Shown: positions 28,642 through 39,807 of the stretch, piece after piece
Layout: the number at the start of each line of letters is the position of its first letter
How positions within the stretch are numbered: the stretch's first letter is position 1
From: an uncultured virus (IMG/VR IMGVR_UViG_3300050821_001073)
Taxonomy: Duplodnaviria > Heunggongvirae > Uroviricota > Caudoviricetes
Length of the DNA stretch: 64,000 nt
Direction: 5' to 3' (one strand)
Virus record (IMG/VR): IMGVR_UViG_3300050821_001073
The notes under the pieces: generated by a model
Told to the model about the DNA's origin: nothing
The model's input: the letters and a program-made list of their open reading frames with translations, nothing else
Database searches by the model: none
Translations under genes and position numbers: made by a program

Positions 28642-29797
28642 TTCCTATCCTCAATACATCCCCAACTGGAGGAGTTTCGATGCTGTGCAAACCTAGAATC
28701 GCCCATAGTATCGGGCAATCGCTAGTTTGCGGAAACGTGCCTAATCCATCTGTAAGGTATACGATACCATCCAGAAGCAGTTCGTTGCACTTCTCTACTG
28801 CTGGCCGAAAGTCAGTTCCGCCCCCGCCATGTAGTGTCTGCGGGATGTCTTCCCCAGGTTCCACCACTTGATGGACGTCTGCATCTGCGACGATTAGCGT
28901 TACTTCCATGCCCGCGATGTCAATAATACTCTTCAATTCGGCCAGGAACGTTCCGATCATCGTTCCATCCACGGAGCCCGAAGTGTCGATTACGACTCCG
29001 ATATTGGCCTTAGGCTGACGCTTCCATCCTGGAAGGCCAGGGTATCTACGGCTAATACGATTCCAAGTGTGTTCGTCATCTCGGACCTTGGCCGAACAAA
29101 ACTGTGCCAGAACTTCGCGCCAATTGACAGTTGGTGCCATAGCCGCTTCGACAAACCTATCCATGCTCTTAGGCTGACATCCACGGCACTTGGATATGAT
29201 GTCTTTCCAGTTCTGCTCTGTCAACCCGCTCTTGTCCTGCCTGCCACCTGAACGGTCGATAGGGTTATTGCCTTCACCGTCGCCATCTTCGCCTTCGGTG
29301 CCAGGGTCACGAACGTCATTAGCCAGATGTCCGTACTTCTTGCGCATCTTCTTTTCTTTCTTACAGACATCGGCGTAGAGTTCTTCTACGGTCTTATTTT
29401 CCATATCCGGCGCAATACTCCACTCGGGAAGGTAGATACCATCCTGAAATAGAATAGAGTTAACGGACATGTCACAAGCAATGTTCCAAAGCTCAGCGTC
29501 CTTGCCTACACCACGCGGGCAGTGTAACAAGGCACAATGCAGTACTTCATGAGCCAAGATAGCCATAGCCAAATCGGTGGTTAACGCTTCAGTGAACGGT
29601 TCGTAGTAGAACAAGTGCGTTCCGTCTACGGCCATCGTGTGAATAGGACGTTCCCGCTGTTCGTTGTGCTTGTCATCCTTGGGTATAGCGACCAACCGCA
29701 GATGTAGCAACAACGTGGCGAACCAAGGCATACGGAGCATCATTTGGGCCTTCGCTACTTCGATCTTTTGTGCCGCTGCGTTCATGGGCGCATTCAT
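28631..29797 (-). CDS. DUF2201-type metallopeptidase-like + VWA domain protein
   Basis: TMAVDG, LAHEVLH (HExxH), WNIACD..VN; DTSGS MIDAS, GGGGTDF, YLTDG. Confidence 0.9.
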   Translation of the reverse strand: MNAPMNAAAQKIEVAKAQMMLRMPWFATLLLHLRLVAIPKDDKHNEQRERPIHTMAVDGTHLFYYEPFTEALTTDLAMAILAHEVLHCALLHCPRGVGKDAELWNIACDMSVNSILFQDGIYLPEWSIAPDMENKTVEELYADVCKKEKKMRKKYGHLANDVRDPGTEGEDGDGEGNNPIDRSGGRQDKSGLTEQNWKDIISKCRGCQPKSMDRFVEAAMAPTVNWREVLAQFCSAKVRDDEHTWNRISRRYPGLPGWKRQPKANIGVVIDTSGSVDGTMIGTFLAELKSIIDIAGMEVTLIVADADVHQVVEPGEDIPQTLHGGGGTDFRPAVEKCNELLLDGIVYLTDGLGTFPQTSDCPILWAILGLHSIETPPVGDVLRIGNDS

Positions 29798-29925
29798 GGT
29801 TTATACCTCAAATACATTCGCGTAAAGTTGTCAGTATACTTCTCTAAAATAGCAACGTACCCATACAACTTCCCCTTCCAACTTAGTTGTGAGCGGTCTA
29901 ATAAGTGATAAAGTTTATCAATCAT
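29794..29925 (-). CDS. 43-aa peptide sharing both termini with its upstream neighbour
   Basis: MIDKLYHLLDRSQLSWKGKLYGYVAILEKYTDNFTRMYLRYKP. Confidence 0.55.
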   Translation of the reverse strand: MIDKLYHLLDRSQLSWKGKLYGYVAILEKYTDNFTRMYLRYKP

Positions 29926-30203
29926 GGTTTATACCTCAAGTTGCCGATTCGATGCAGTTTTCGTTCAAACTTATGAAATGTTCCTAGTATAAGTTCGACA
30001 AAGGGTTTATAACGGTTTCGTGGTATATAGACATCTTTGCGTCCATATCGGTCTTTCCTAATAATCAATAACTTGTCCAACCGAGATGCAGCACCCACCT
30101 GGACGTTAGAATGGGCTTTAGCTAACCGCCTATGGAACTTCATTTCTAAGTTGACTACTCCATGAGAAATATACAGAGCGAATTCTAACAATTTATCAAT
30201 CAT
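29922..30203 (-). CDS. basic hypothetical protein (MIDKL...LRYKP)
   Basis: ATGA-coupled on both sides. Confidence 0.55.
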   Translation of the reverse strand: MIDKLLEFALYISHGVVNLEMKFHRRLAKAHSNVQVGAASRLDKLLIIRKDRYGRKDVYIPRNRYKPFVELILGTFHKFERKLHRIGNLRYKP

Positions 30204-30622
30204 TTTCCACTCCTAGTATTCACGTCCACAATAGCTTCGCCTAGCGTACTGAATACGTCTACCTTCTGCATCGGTGCTGTTACCAGAACCTGCCGCACGG
30301 TGTATTCTACTTCGGCATCAACGACTTCTGGCGTGTCTTCCGTAATGAAATAGCTACCACCCGGACCAACGTATATGTCGGGCAAGACTCTCGTATTGAC
30401 ACAACATCCCCGTATCGAATCCATCCAGTAGCATTCAGGTGCCGTGAAGACCTTCTGCAAGATCACGTCATGCACAAGGCTTTTGGCGCTACGGCCTGAC
30501 AGATCCGAATTCTCTTGAATAGCCTGCATTGCGCCTGCACTGGTGCCACCACGTGAGCCCATAACCTCAGCAGCCAACTCCATCAAACCTTCTATTTCTT
30601 TTTGATCCATAAGATTCTCCAT
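30200..30622 (-). CDS. hypothetical protein, leaderless
   Basis: TTGACA-N17-CATAAT then 6 nt to ATG. Confidence 0.65.
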   Translation of the reverse strand: MENLMDQKEIEGLMELAAEVMGSRGGTSAGAMQAIQENSDLSGRSAKSLVHDVILQKVFTAPECYWMDSIRGCCVNTRVLPDIYVGPGGSYFITEDTPEVVDAEVEYTVRQVLVTAPMQKVDVFSTLGEAIVDVNTRSGK

Positions 30623-30665
30623 CTACAAATTATGACACAAGGGGGAGTCCGTGTCAATCCTAGTT

Positions 30666-31649
30666 TTAGCTCGCGAACAGTGCCTTATGTGATTTGATCC
30701 ATTTGCGGATCTCAGGGCACTTTGCAACATCCAGTTTCTCGCGGATGTCTCGGATGTACAGCAAAGCGAATTCGCTAGGCATGCGTGCCATGAAGACCAT
30801 CAAGCTCTCTTGGGTCTGACGGCTATACTGACTGAGGTTCGTGGTAAGGGCGTAACGTGTAGCAGGATCTACTGGGACTTCGGCGGTATCTTGATTATCG
30901 ATTATATGCTGTATTGATGGCAAGGCTCGTGACAGGGCCAAATACGCCGCAAACTCTGTCGATGGGCCTTCCCCAATCGTTCCTTCGAGCATCGATCTTT
31001 CGATGTTAGCTGACACTTTCAGACCTAGGATGTAGTTACAAGACTCCCATGACCTAGGCGAAGCGAATGCACCGTCTACCGGAATGACAGCTTGTGACAG
31101 AAGGTCAGGACGGAACCGAAGGAAACCGATAATATCAGCGGATATTCCCTTTTCCATAGCCCAGTTTTCCCATCCCTTAACGTCTGGTTCGACCTGAATA
31201 ATAGTCATACGGTTGCGCAAAGGCGCTCCGATAGCCTGATAGACCGATTTGTCACGGGCATTGTTGCCTGTAAGAACAACTTGCCATCCATCGCCAAGAC
31301 CCATATCTGAGCCCTTTTCCTGCCAAACGATGTGGTGAGCGGCTACCTGAACGTCCTTGGGTGCGCTGGTGAGTTCATCCAACAGGAGAACGCCACGTCC
31401 CTCTTTAGGCAACGGACTAGCCCAAACGGTGCGGCCATTCTGGACGGTGGGAATGCCGCGAAGATCAACGGCTTCGCAGGTAGGCAGAGCCAGATTCAGG
31501 ATCTCACGATCATTGACCTTAGCGGCATGAGCCACAGCCGAAGTCTTTCCAGCGCCTGGAGGACCGAGTAGGATGACAGTGTGTTTTTCGTCGCGTGCGA
31601 AGATCTGCGTAAGCATCTCCACGGTGTCAGATATGTTCAAAGTGTGCAT
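30666..31649 (-). CDS. MoxR-like AAA+ ATPase (usual partner of DUF2201/VWA proteins)
   Basis: GPPGAGKT, DLRGIP, LLLDEL, TGN, L.NR, SPRSW. Confidence 0.9.
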   Translation of the reverse strand: MHTLNISDTVEMLTQIFARDEKHTVILLGPPGAGKTSAVAHAAKVNDREILNLALPTCEAVDLRGIPTVQNGRTVWASPLPKEGRGVLLLDELTSAPKDVQVAAHHIVWQEKGSDMGLGDGWQVVLTGNNARDKSVYQAIGAPLRNRMTIIQVEPDVKGWENWAMEKGISADIIGFLRFRPDLLSQAVIPVDGAFASPRSWESCNYILGLKVSANIERSMLEGTIGEGPSTEFAAYLALSRALPSIQHIIDNQDTAEVPVDPATRYALTTNLSQYSRQTQESLMVFMARMPSEFALLYIRDIREKLDVAKCPEIRKWIKSHKALFAS

Positions 31650-32055
31650 GTTAGAACCTCTCCACATAAGTTACATTGCTATTTAAATCAATAACATCAT
31701 ACGATGAACCGCTGGTGCAATAATAGTTAAGCTCCAGTTTAAGTATCCCGTTCTGTTTATACGTGTGATGGCTCTCTACATTAACACAAGTCACGACTTT
31801 ACCGTTCTTGTAGGTTATCTCGTAAGTCATTTTGTTACTCCTAGTTTGAGTTAGTATATCCATAGATGCAATGCCTGGATTGCATCTAAAGACTTACTAA
31901 GCAATGGTTAGATTGCTGTTAGTGAATGCTTTTCGTTAAATGCTTTTAACGCATCCATTTGTGCGTCATAGAACACTTGCCGACCGGCTACTTCTATCAG
32001 CGACAATAAGTGCTCCACTAGTTTTTGGTAGGTTTCGTAAGTGCTCATAAATCTC

Positions 32056-32427
32056 CTATTTCTTCTTAGCCTTGGGCATCGGGTTATTCCATGGAATGAT
32101 GTCCGTAACGCAATGCGTGTTGACCAGATAACCGTCTGGCATAGGCTCCCAGTTGTGGACTTCGGCCTTACCGAAAAGGACCGTAGTGAATTCGCCGGAA
32201 TCCTTAACGAAGATCCCCTTGTCGAGCTTGACCCAAGTGTCTTGGCTACCAAGTCCGGCAGGATAGATGCCGACAACTTGTCCAATAGCGTGATAGGTGA
32301 CGGTGCGTATAAATACGTACGAACCGATCTTAACGATACCTGCGATACCGAGCAATGCAGAATCCGTTTCCGGATCGATGGGGTTAGTGGTTTCAGTATT
32401 ATCCGAGTTCAATGGAATTTTTGCCAT
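32056..32427 (-). CDS. conserved phage protein (IRTVTYH...DSG.F...EP family, DUF6948-like); candidate partner of the Ser-rich peptides
   Basis: IGSYVFIRTVTYHAIG...VKDSGEF...L......WEPMP...VN...V.D..PW...P; AGGAG RBS; family assignment from memory. Confidence 0.65.
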   Translation of the reverse strand: MAKIPLNSDNTETTNPIDPETDSALLGIAGIVKIGSYVFIRTVTYHAIGQVVGIYPAGLGSQDTWVKLDKGIFVKDSGEFTTVLFGKAEVHNWEPMPDGYLVNTHCVTDIIPWNNPMPKAKKK

Positions 32428-32586
32428 ATGTTTGTTTCTCCTATTTAGAATATTAGCACCTGATGGACGCTATTTCAATATTACTTCTGTCCTATTTCTA
32501 ATTACTAGTTTTTACGATCTGTTGCCAGTTTACTTATTTGTGCTCGGTTTGTCAAGTCCTAAAGTTTCAAAGTCACCGTAAAGTTA

Positions 32587-32855
32587 GTACCATCTGAGCT
32601 TCGCCGAAACACTTTAGAATCAGTACCATCCAGCGCCGCCCCAAAACAGTACCACCTGCCGATTGCCGAAACTTCCACGATTTGGTGCTCACCCGATCTG
32701 GGGCGGATTTTGGATCCTAGGTACTCCCGTACTCGTAACTAAGGCAAAAACCTTAGGTACAGTACAAAAGTACTTATATTAGAAAACTCTCATTAGAACT
32801 TTCTCATTAAAATTCTTTAATAGTACTTCCGTACTCAAAGTGAGTACAATCGTAC
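32587..32855. repeat. GTAC-rich non-coding repeat cluster (origin/terminus candidate)
   Basis: 12 GTAC tetramers in ~270 bp flanking an AT-rich core. Confidence 0.6.
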
Positions 32856-35800
32856 TCAAATTGAGAACAGGACAAACCTCCGTCCTGTCCGTTACAGGAC
32901 TTTTGTGTAAATTAAAATTTTATCATCTGACTTTTTTCCTGGCCGCGAATTTTTACTATCTGGCTTTTTGTCCAGAGTAAATTTTACCAAAGGCACTTTT
33001 GTCGGGAGAATCCTGGAATATCTGACTCCAAAGCGTTCGCCGTACGGTTCGACCTATAGTCTTCAGTGATAGCGGCGTGCTCAGCATCGATCCATGTCTG
33101 CTTTTGCGCTGGTGTAAGGAACGGCCATGCGTCACGTGTCCCTGTGTTCATCTAGTGCCTTTCGTTGGTTGCGTGTAGCTGGTGTAGACTGCCCTTATGA
33201 GCGAGTCCAGTTCGTTCAACAGCCCCGCACTAGTCGCAGCTTGTATAAAGCCTTGCATGACGTTCCTTGCCCCGTTGCGAGTGCCTGTATAGCGTCCGGC
33301 GCAATAACTCCACGTGGCGACTGCTAGGACGGCCAATAGTTCGTATTGCGTTCTGTCCATTTGAACCTCCAAGTAGAGACACGAATACGCCAGCGCACTG
33401 CGGCTAGCATAGTCATGCCCCGAATTTGAGAATCAAAGAAGTTAATTGGTTATTGTCCAACCTGCCTTATTGAGTCGCCACACTTGCGCGGGGTACTCGG
33501 ATAGGTCTATGGCCTTGCTCATCTTTGAGATGGCCTTGATGACGGACTTAAGAGTCCGATGGGCTCGCTCATAGGACGGAAAACCAATTGTGCATGAACC
33601 TGCAAAGACTAGGTAGAATTTCATATAAAAACCTCTGAGGACGCATCGTGTACGCGTCCTCTGTTATACCGTTTCGGTTTGCATTTCAGACACGATCAAT
33701 AACACCGCGTCTTGTTGATTTTCGACTTTTATAGCGCGGGCCAACTTGCGAACTGTGCCAACTGCATCGGCTCGTGCTAGAATCTCTATCGTGAGTGACT
33801 TCTCTTGTTGGTTTTTGTAGTACCCTGTACTGAACTGAACCGTGAAGCTATCGAACTTATCTTGCACCAGTGCCTCAATAGCTTCGCGGTTCACGTCTTC
33901 GGTATAGATCTTGTACAGTCTCATGGTTTCGTCCGATAGAACTTAATGATGAACAAACCGACACTTGCCGTTGTCCATCCGTTAGTGTGAAGCTTCTCAG
34001 CTTCTTTGAGTCCCTTTAGAGTGCTGGTATCTACGCTTTTGTACTCAATTTTCGCCATTAGAATGTCGCCACACCAAACTCATTAGCGAGTGCAAGGGCT
34101 TCGCTTAGAGTCAGTTGTCCGGATGAGTATCCATGGCGGATAAGCTTGAGAGGTGAAGTGCTGGACAACAGGAGCGTACCGTTGTCAGAGAATGCATCGA
34201 AGTAAGCAAAGTCGTTCTCACGTATAACCATTGTCGTTTCCTTTGGCCTTTGGCCGGTTTGATTGGTTTACTGTTGCGAGTGTAGCTCACTCGGAATGAG
34301 TTGTCAAGCCTTATTTTCCAGTATCCATCCAAGACTTAATACCGGAATAAGTGTATTTGATGCCAAGTCGCTTACACGTGGCCTTGAATGCTGGACTATC
34401 TTTGTTGTAAGAACCTTTCACATAAGCAGCCGTCATGCGATTTACTACAATTGGAACGTCTAAAGTGTTTGTCCAAGCATATCGATCCGGATACTTGGTC
34501 ACTGCAAGGGCCAACTCCTCAGCGTACACTTGCCAGAATTTATCGAACCTATCCATTCGCTCGGCAGCTAACCTTGCTTCACTATTGGGTGCGCCGACTG
34601 CTATAGATCCATGTTCAAGATGATTCATTGTCTCAACTCCTGTTCAGAGTAGTCACTCTGCTCAGACGGATTGGAGGTTATCCGCCTTGACCGATTGACT
34701 AGCCATTCTTCTCGACTGGTGTCCCCTTAGCTGCAAGCTTCTTATTGCGCCGTGCCGTTGTGTTTATTCCAAAGTCTTTAAGAGACTCTCCGCGTTTCAA
34801 CTTGGGCAGTGTGCTGAATGTGCCCGCTAAAGTATCGATACTGCTAGGTCCTACGTATTCAGGTTCCTGTCTGTTATTTCGTGCCATGTTAGTTCATCCT
34901 CTCTGGATTGGTTTCTTCGGTTGCGATTATTGCCCAATAGGTCATTGGGCGGAAGTTATCGTCGTTCCTGAACTGTGCCTTAAGTGTTTCAAGGCTAATG
35001 TCTCTGATGTCTTTCAGTAGTCTGTCGAGCCCTTGGTTGTTCATTGTCTTATTCTCCCTTGTTAAGAGTAGTATCGGCAGTTCGCCGCAAGACTTTAGCG
35101 TAATTCTTCTGGCACAATCGGCCATTTCATTCTGACTTCATCACGTTCGTTTGTACCTACTATCACCATGCGCAACTCGGAGTTGATGTAGCCGGATTCA
35201 ATGCCGTACCAGCGTGAGCCCGCTCCCGTGATAAGTTCTAGAGCAACCATATCACTCTTAATGCAACTCTTGTGCGCATTAGCCGGATGAATCTTACTTC
35301 CAATCACTTCTAATCTAAATGCTCCCAAGTTATTGTGAATAAGTACTGTAGTTGGTACGTAACGCGGATTCATGTCCATTTTGTCCTTTTTCCTCTGGTA
35401 TGAGACTAGCTCATATGGTTTGTTAGGTCAAGTTACTTTAGTGACTCCAAGGGCTGTGAATCCAGACTCCCTTAGACTCTTTACCGCAACGGAAACAAGC
35501 TGTCCAGATACGGCCATTACTGTGAACTTTCATCCGGTTGCCATGGCGACAGAAGGTGCGCCGTACGAGATTCAAAAAGCTATTGACTAGGTTCACTTGG
35601 TACGCTCCTGATTCACTAATGCCTGATCTTCAAGGCGCAACTGGTATTCATCATCTGCGTTTAGCTCATCCTGCTCAGCGTCTAACGCTTCCCATAGACG
35701 TATCGTAGTGTCCATGCGTTCTTCGGCAGTTGCTTTCTTTGCCCGCTCAGCAAGTACGGCGCGTGATTCAGGTATGATATACATTATTTACTCCCGTTCA

Positions 35801-35997
35801 CGTTAAGGAACTTTGCGTATCGGTACGCTTCCAAGCAAGACAGTTGTCCTTGCATAATCTGACTAGTGGTGGTATCCCATACTTCATAACCATTCTTGCC
35901 AAACCGGACTTCATAGATATTGTCAGTCTTCATTGTGTCACCTCTTTTGAACTGGAATGAGCATAGCACTCCAGTTCTACGTTGTCAAGAGAATTCT

Positions 35998-36378
35998 TTA
36001 GCCAGCGAGTCCCCAATATGTTACCCCGTCGAATTCGATGCTGGTGTAATCGTATTGCAACTCCCGTGCCGCTTTTTCCCAATCGATACAGTTGTTAGGC
36101 CAACCGGCTTTAGCATCGACCGCTCCAATATCATCGGCGAAGTCCATGGCGTATTGCTCAAAGTAGCTCTCACGCACCAGTACTACGCCGTCATTCCACT
36201 CTGAGAAGTTCTGTTGTCCGTCATCACAGAAGTTGCTTAGATCGGCGAACTCATCGGCATCTGTCCAGTCTTCTAACTCTTCTCGTGTAAGATCTTCACG
36301 TTCTGAGGTTAGGTCGGCCAAGCGTTCAATAACGCCACGTGAATCAAGTATGTCGGCAGTGTTGTCTACGGTTCTCAT
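35998..36378 (-). CDS. ArdA-like acidic antirestriction/DNA-mimic protein
   Basis: very D/E-rich; C-terminal IDWEKAARELQYDY resembles ArdA IDYE..ARDL. Confidence 0.55.
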   Translation of the reverse strand: MRTVDNTADILDSRGVIERLADLTSEREDLTREELEDWTDADEFADLSNFCDDGQQNFSEWNDGVVLVRESYFEQYAMDFADDIGAVDAKAGWPNNCIDWEKAARELQYDYTSIEFDGVTYWGLAG

Positions 36379-37287
36379 GTTACTCTCCTGATATGATGTC
36401 TATGCTAGTGATTGTAAAGGGACCTTCTGTACCTGCTACTACGTCGCCGACCGAAAGCAATATCGCCTCAATTGGGTTGCCGTGTACGCGATACGTGTCC
36501 AGCGGATGAGCTACATCGGTGTAGCCTGTATCCAGCGTTATCCATAGTCGATCCGTATGATCGGTTGTCCGGGTTACCTTTGGCCTATTGGTTGGCATCT
36601 AATTTACCACGTCGAAACAATCGGTACAGATATCGCCAATTTCAAATGGCCGATTAACGCCATCTATGAACTGTATGCCTGTCGCTTCAAACCGTTCGCC
36701 GCTCACCGTAGTGCCGCACAGTTCGCAGTAGCAACGTGAGAAACCAATAGTTTCGCCAGTGTGGATAGATGATAGGTCATTCTCATACATGAATTCGTCT
36801 ATACGCTCTATGCGCCGGTCGAACGCAGATTGATGGTAGTTATTCAGTGATTTAGTTAGTTTCACTTGGTTACCTCTGCTTTGCCCACTTTGTTACCGTT
36901 TTTGTCTACTAATGTCCAAAAGTTGTAATTCAGTTCCTGTCCATAGACTTTATCGGCCAGTTCTCTGAGGATACGAGCTACTTCTGTACCTGTTGAAAGT
37001 TCTGAGAATGCTGCGTTGTCGGTGTTGATCTTAATGGTAATCATGTTAGCTCACGTCCTTGCAGTTCTGTCTGTCCGTGCCGGTCAGCGTGTTATGACTA
37101 TTGCCACAGGTATACTGGCCGGTTGCGTAATTGGCGCGATTAGACGCATCAGTGAACATCTCCGCTCCGATGATGACATCATACGGGAGCCCGTCTAGCT
37201 CGGGTATCTCATAGACTCCAGTTGTTTCGTCAGCGGGCACTAGGTTAAATTCGTTTGTCATTGTCGTATCCTCTTGCCATTCTATAT

Positions 37288-37325
37288 AGCAACCTGCTAG
37301 CCAAACGTGTCTCTGTTGATTCTAA
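37288..37325 (-). promoter_or_regulatory. sigma54-type promoter with upstream TTAGAATCAA box
   Basis: TTAGAATCAA-N13-GG-CTAGCAGGTT-GC. Confidence 0.75.
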
Positions 37326-37723
37326 AAGAGTTACTTGACTCGCTTAGTGACCTTCTTTGTCAACTTGCCATTATTTGTTGACAAATTCTGTCCGAACTTG
37401 AATCCAGAGAATACAAAGTGTTCCTGTTCCTCGTACACCGTCTTGCAATAGGTTTCCATAGACGCCGGACGGATGCCGATTGGCACGAGACGGGCACAGT
37501 ATTGCGAGTAAATGGTTTCTAGCTTAATCATTTCGTGTACACCGTTTTTTCCAATAAGCAGTATCGAGTTGAGATTTTTCCAATAAATAAGTAAGACGTT
37601 CCTGCGAGTCTTTAACTTTGGACAGTTCGGCACGTAGGCAGTAAATCTCTTGCTTGTATGCCGATACTGCGTCTTCAGTGTGCGGCGCAACGTATTGGTA
37701 CGTTCCTGTCTCTACGTTCCTAC

Positions 37724-38404
37724 TCATCGGGCACCTCCAATGTGGTTACCTTGAAATAGGAATTCATCTGTTTCGTCATTTTCCGTTACTTTCTCCCAAA
37801 CGGAGAATGCCATGTCGAACTGTCCACTATCGTCGATCTTGAACAACAGACGTTCCTTGCCAAGTGCCTGGAGCGCCTTAAGGATTGTCTGAGGATCGTC
37901 GTTCTGTCCTGGATGCCATCCGGACTCGAAACCGTCCTTAATCAACTGGTAGCCAAACTTAGCTGGATCGATGCTGCGAATGTTGAGTGCCGTGCTCCCG
38001 TTGTCTTCTAAACCCTCTAAGTACTCATCTTCTTGGCCGTCCAAGCATTCGAGACAGACCAATTCGCATTCGTTCATTAGCACGTAACTTGGGGACCAAC
38101 CGTACGAGTCTGGTGACGTACGGAAAGCGTTGTCACAACCATTACACTGACTCCATTCGTCATTCCACTCTATGGCGTATCCGTACGCTTCCAAGACCCT
38201 ATCGACGTTCTTACCGAACTTGTTCCAATCGGCGAAGATAATGTCCTTAGTCGGTTGATCGTAACCTTTTTCGGCGTACGCTGGTGCAAAGCGAATGTCT
38301 TCTAAAGCAGACTCTGCTTTTTCGGCTATCGTGCCCCATTTGTCATTCTCAGAGCAGTGAGGCGCGCGGCACATTGATTTACGAATGATGTATTCAGGTG
38401 TCAT
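37724..38404 (-). CDS. acidic hypothetical protein with CxxC pairs
   Basis: 226 aa; CNGC, CLEC, FESGWHPGQNDDP. Confidence 0.7.
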   Translation of the reverse strand: MTPEYIIRKSMCRAPHCSENDKWGTIAEKAESALEDIRFAPAYAEKGYDQPTKDIIFADWNKFGKNVDRVLEAYGYAIEWNDEWSQCNGCDNAFRTSPDSYGWSPSYVLMNECELVCLECLDGQEDEYLEGLEDNGSTALNIRSIDPAKFGYQLIKDGFESGWHPGQNDDPQTILKALQALGKERLLFKIDDSGQFDMAFSVWEKVTENDETDEFLFQGNHIGGAR

Positions 38405-38558
38405 ATTGTTAAATCCTCTAATCTTTGGTTGTCTAGTCTTGCCAGTGTTGTTAAGCTATCCTGTTTAAAGTAGTTTGTCAAGACCAAAATGCGGTTCACT
38501 ATGGCTTGAAGTTCAGAGAGCGACGTATCCGGTACGCTCCCTAGCAAGGTTATACGAG

Positions 38559-39107
38559 TCATCTCGCCATCTCAACTAACGAACCGTCTGCAACTAGATA
38601 CACAGGATAAGGCGCTTGCCCGTCCTCGAAGTATTCATGACCTAGCGCGTAAGTCTTAGGGCCCGACTCGCAAGAGTTGTTCAAATTGCCCGCTCCTGGT
38701 GCGCACGGAGAACAAAACTGAGCATGAGTGTAATAGGGTGAAGCTAATACCCATATTTCAGAGGATTCAGCGGATTGATACAAACTGTAATCTTTGTCTG
38801 CGCATGAGAAACTGTGTGCCTCTTGCTCTCCCATGTCATCATACCCGAACGTCCATTCACAATTTTCGCAACAGAAGTCTTGTTTACCGTCGAACCAATC
38901 GGACTCTGTTATCTCTTCTGGTGCATCCTCAGAGCTAGTAGCTTCATTACCACATTTCGGGCAGCACGGAGCGCCATAATCAGCTTCAAAGTCATCAAAA
39001 TACCACTCGTTAAGATGACTCGTACCGATTATCCCAAAGTGAATTCCTGTCTTTGGATCGTAGTTAGATCGGCCTAGGCTATAATCTATTCCTGCGTAGT
39101 CTGTCAT
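38559..39107 (-). CDS. acidic Cys-rich hypothetical protein
   Basis: CPKC, CENC, FCSPCAPGAG; GAGG RBS. Confidence 0.7.
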   Translation of the reverse strand: MTDYAGIDYSLGRSNYDPKTGIHFGIIGTSHLNEWYFDDFEADYGAPCCPKCGNEATSSEDAPEEITESDWFDGKQDFCCENCEWTFGYDDMGEQEAHSFSCADKDYSLYQSAESSEIWVLASPYYTHAQFCSPCAPGAGNLNNSCESGPKTYALGHEYFEDGQAPYPVYLVADGSLVEMAR

Positions 39108-39427
39108 GTCGTTTGTCCTCTTTTTAGGTTATCGGCAGTTCGCCGTGAAAGTTTAATCTGAAAATGAAACTGTATTAGGTCTATGCGAGTCCGCCCAAAC
39201 TTGGGCTGCTTCCGCTGTTGTCCATGGTGGTTGCATCGCGCCATATTCATTAGTGTTAGGATTAAACACGGTAAAACCACGTTGCACTATCTCCCAGCCA
39301 TCTCCGATTGGCGCGCAACCATGTGAACTAGCTGTCCAAATCTTTGCAGGGTGGGCCCAAACCATGTAAGGAACTACCTGATATTTCATTGTCTTTGTCC
39401 TTTAGCGCAGGTGCGCACATTGTCTAT

Positions 39428-39465
39428 TGCAACTCTCTCGCCAAACTATTCTCTATTGATTCTAA
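39428..39465 (-). promoter_or_regulatory. sigma54-type promoter with upstream TTAGAATCAA box
   Basis: TTAGAATCAA-N13-GG-CGAGAGAGTT-GC. Confidence 0.75.
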
Positions 39466-39538
39466 ATGACTTAACTCTCCGCATCGATGCCGCAAAAGTG
39501 CCAATTGACGTAAAATGATGACACTTTACGGCAAAGTA

Positions 39539-39571
39539 AAAGGGACACGGCGCAACCGTGTCCCTTATTTG
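39539..39571. terminator. intrinsic terminator
   Basis: AAGGGACACGG-CGCAA-CCGTGTCCCTT hairpin with A/T tails. Confidence 0.75.
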
Positions 39572-39807
39572 TTCTCATTGTTCCCCTATTACCTGTGCCG
39601 ATTGTAGCACGTCATGCGCTTGCCTCATAATCTCCGTTTGCAAGGCCCGGGTTGCATCGTCTAACGAGATATAAGACTTACTCTCCCATGTTACCCAAAA
39701 AGCACGGTACGTGCCGTCCTTGTTCCTTATTACCGTGCCGACCGTAGTGGCGCTAGCGAACTTCACCAGCACGATATTCGTATTATCTCCTCTGAGCATC
39801 TTTACGC

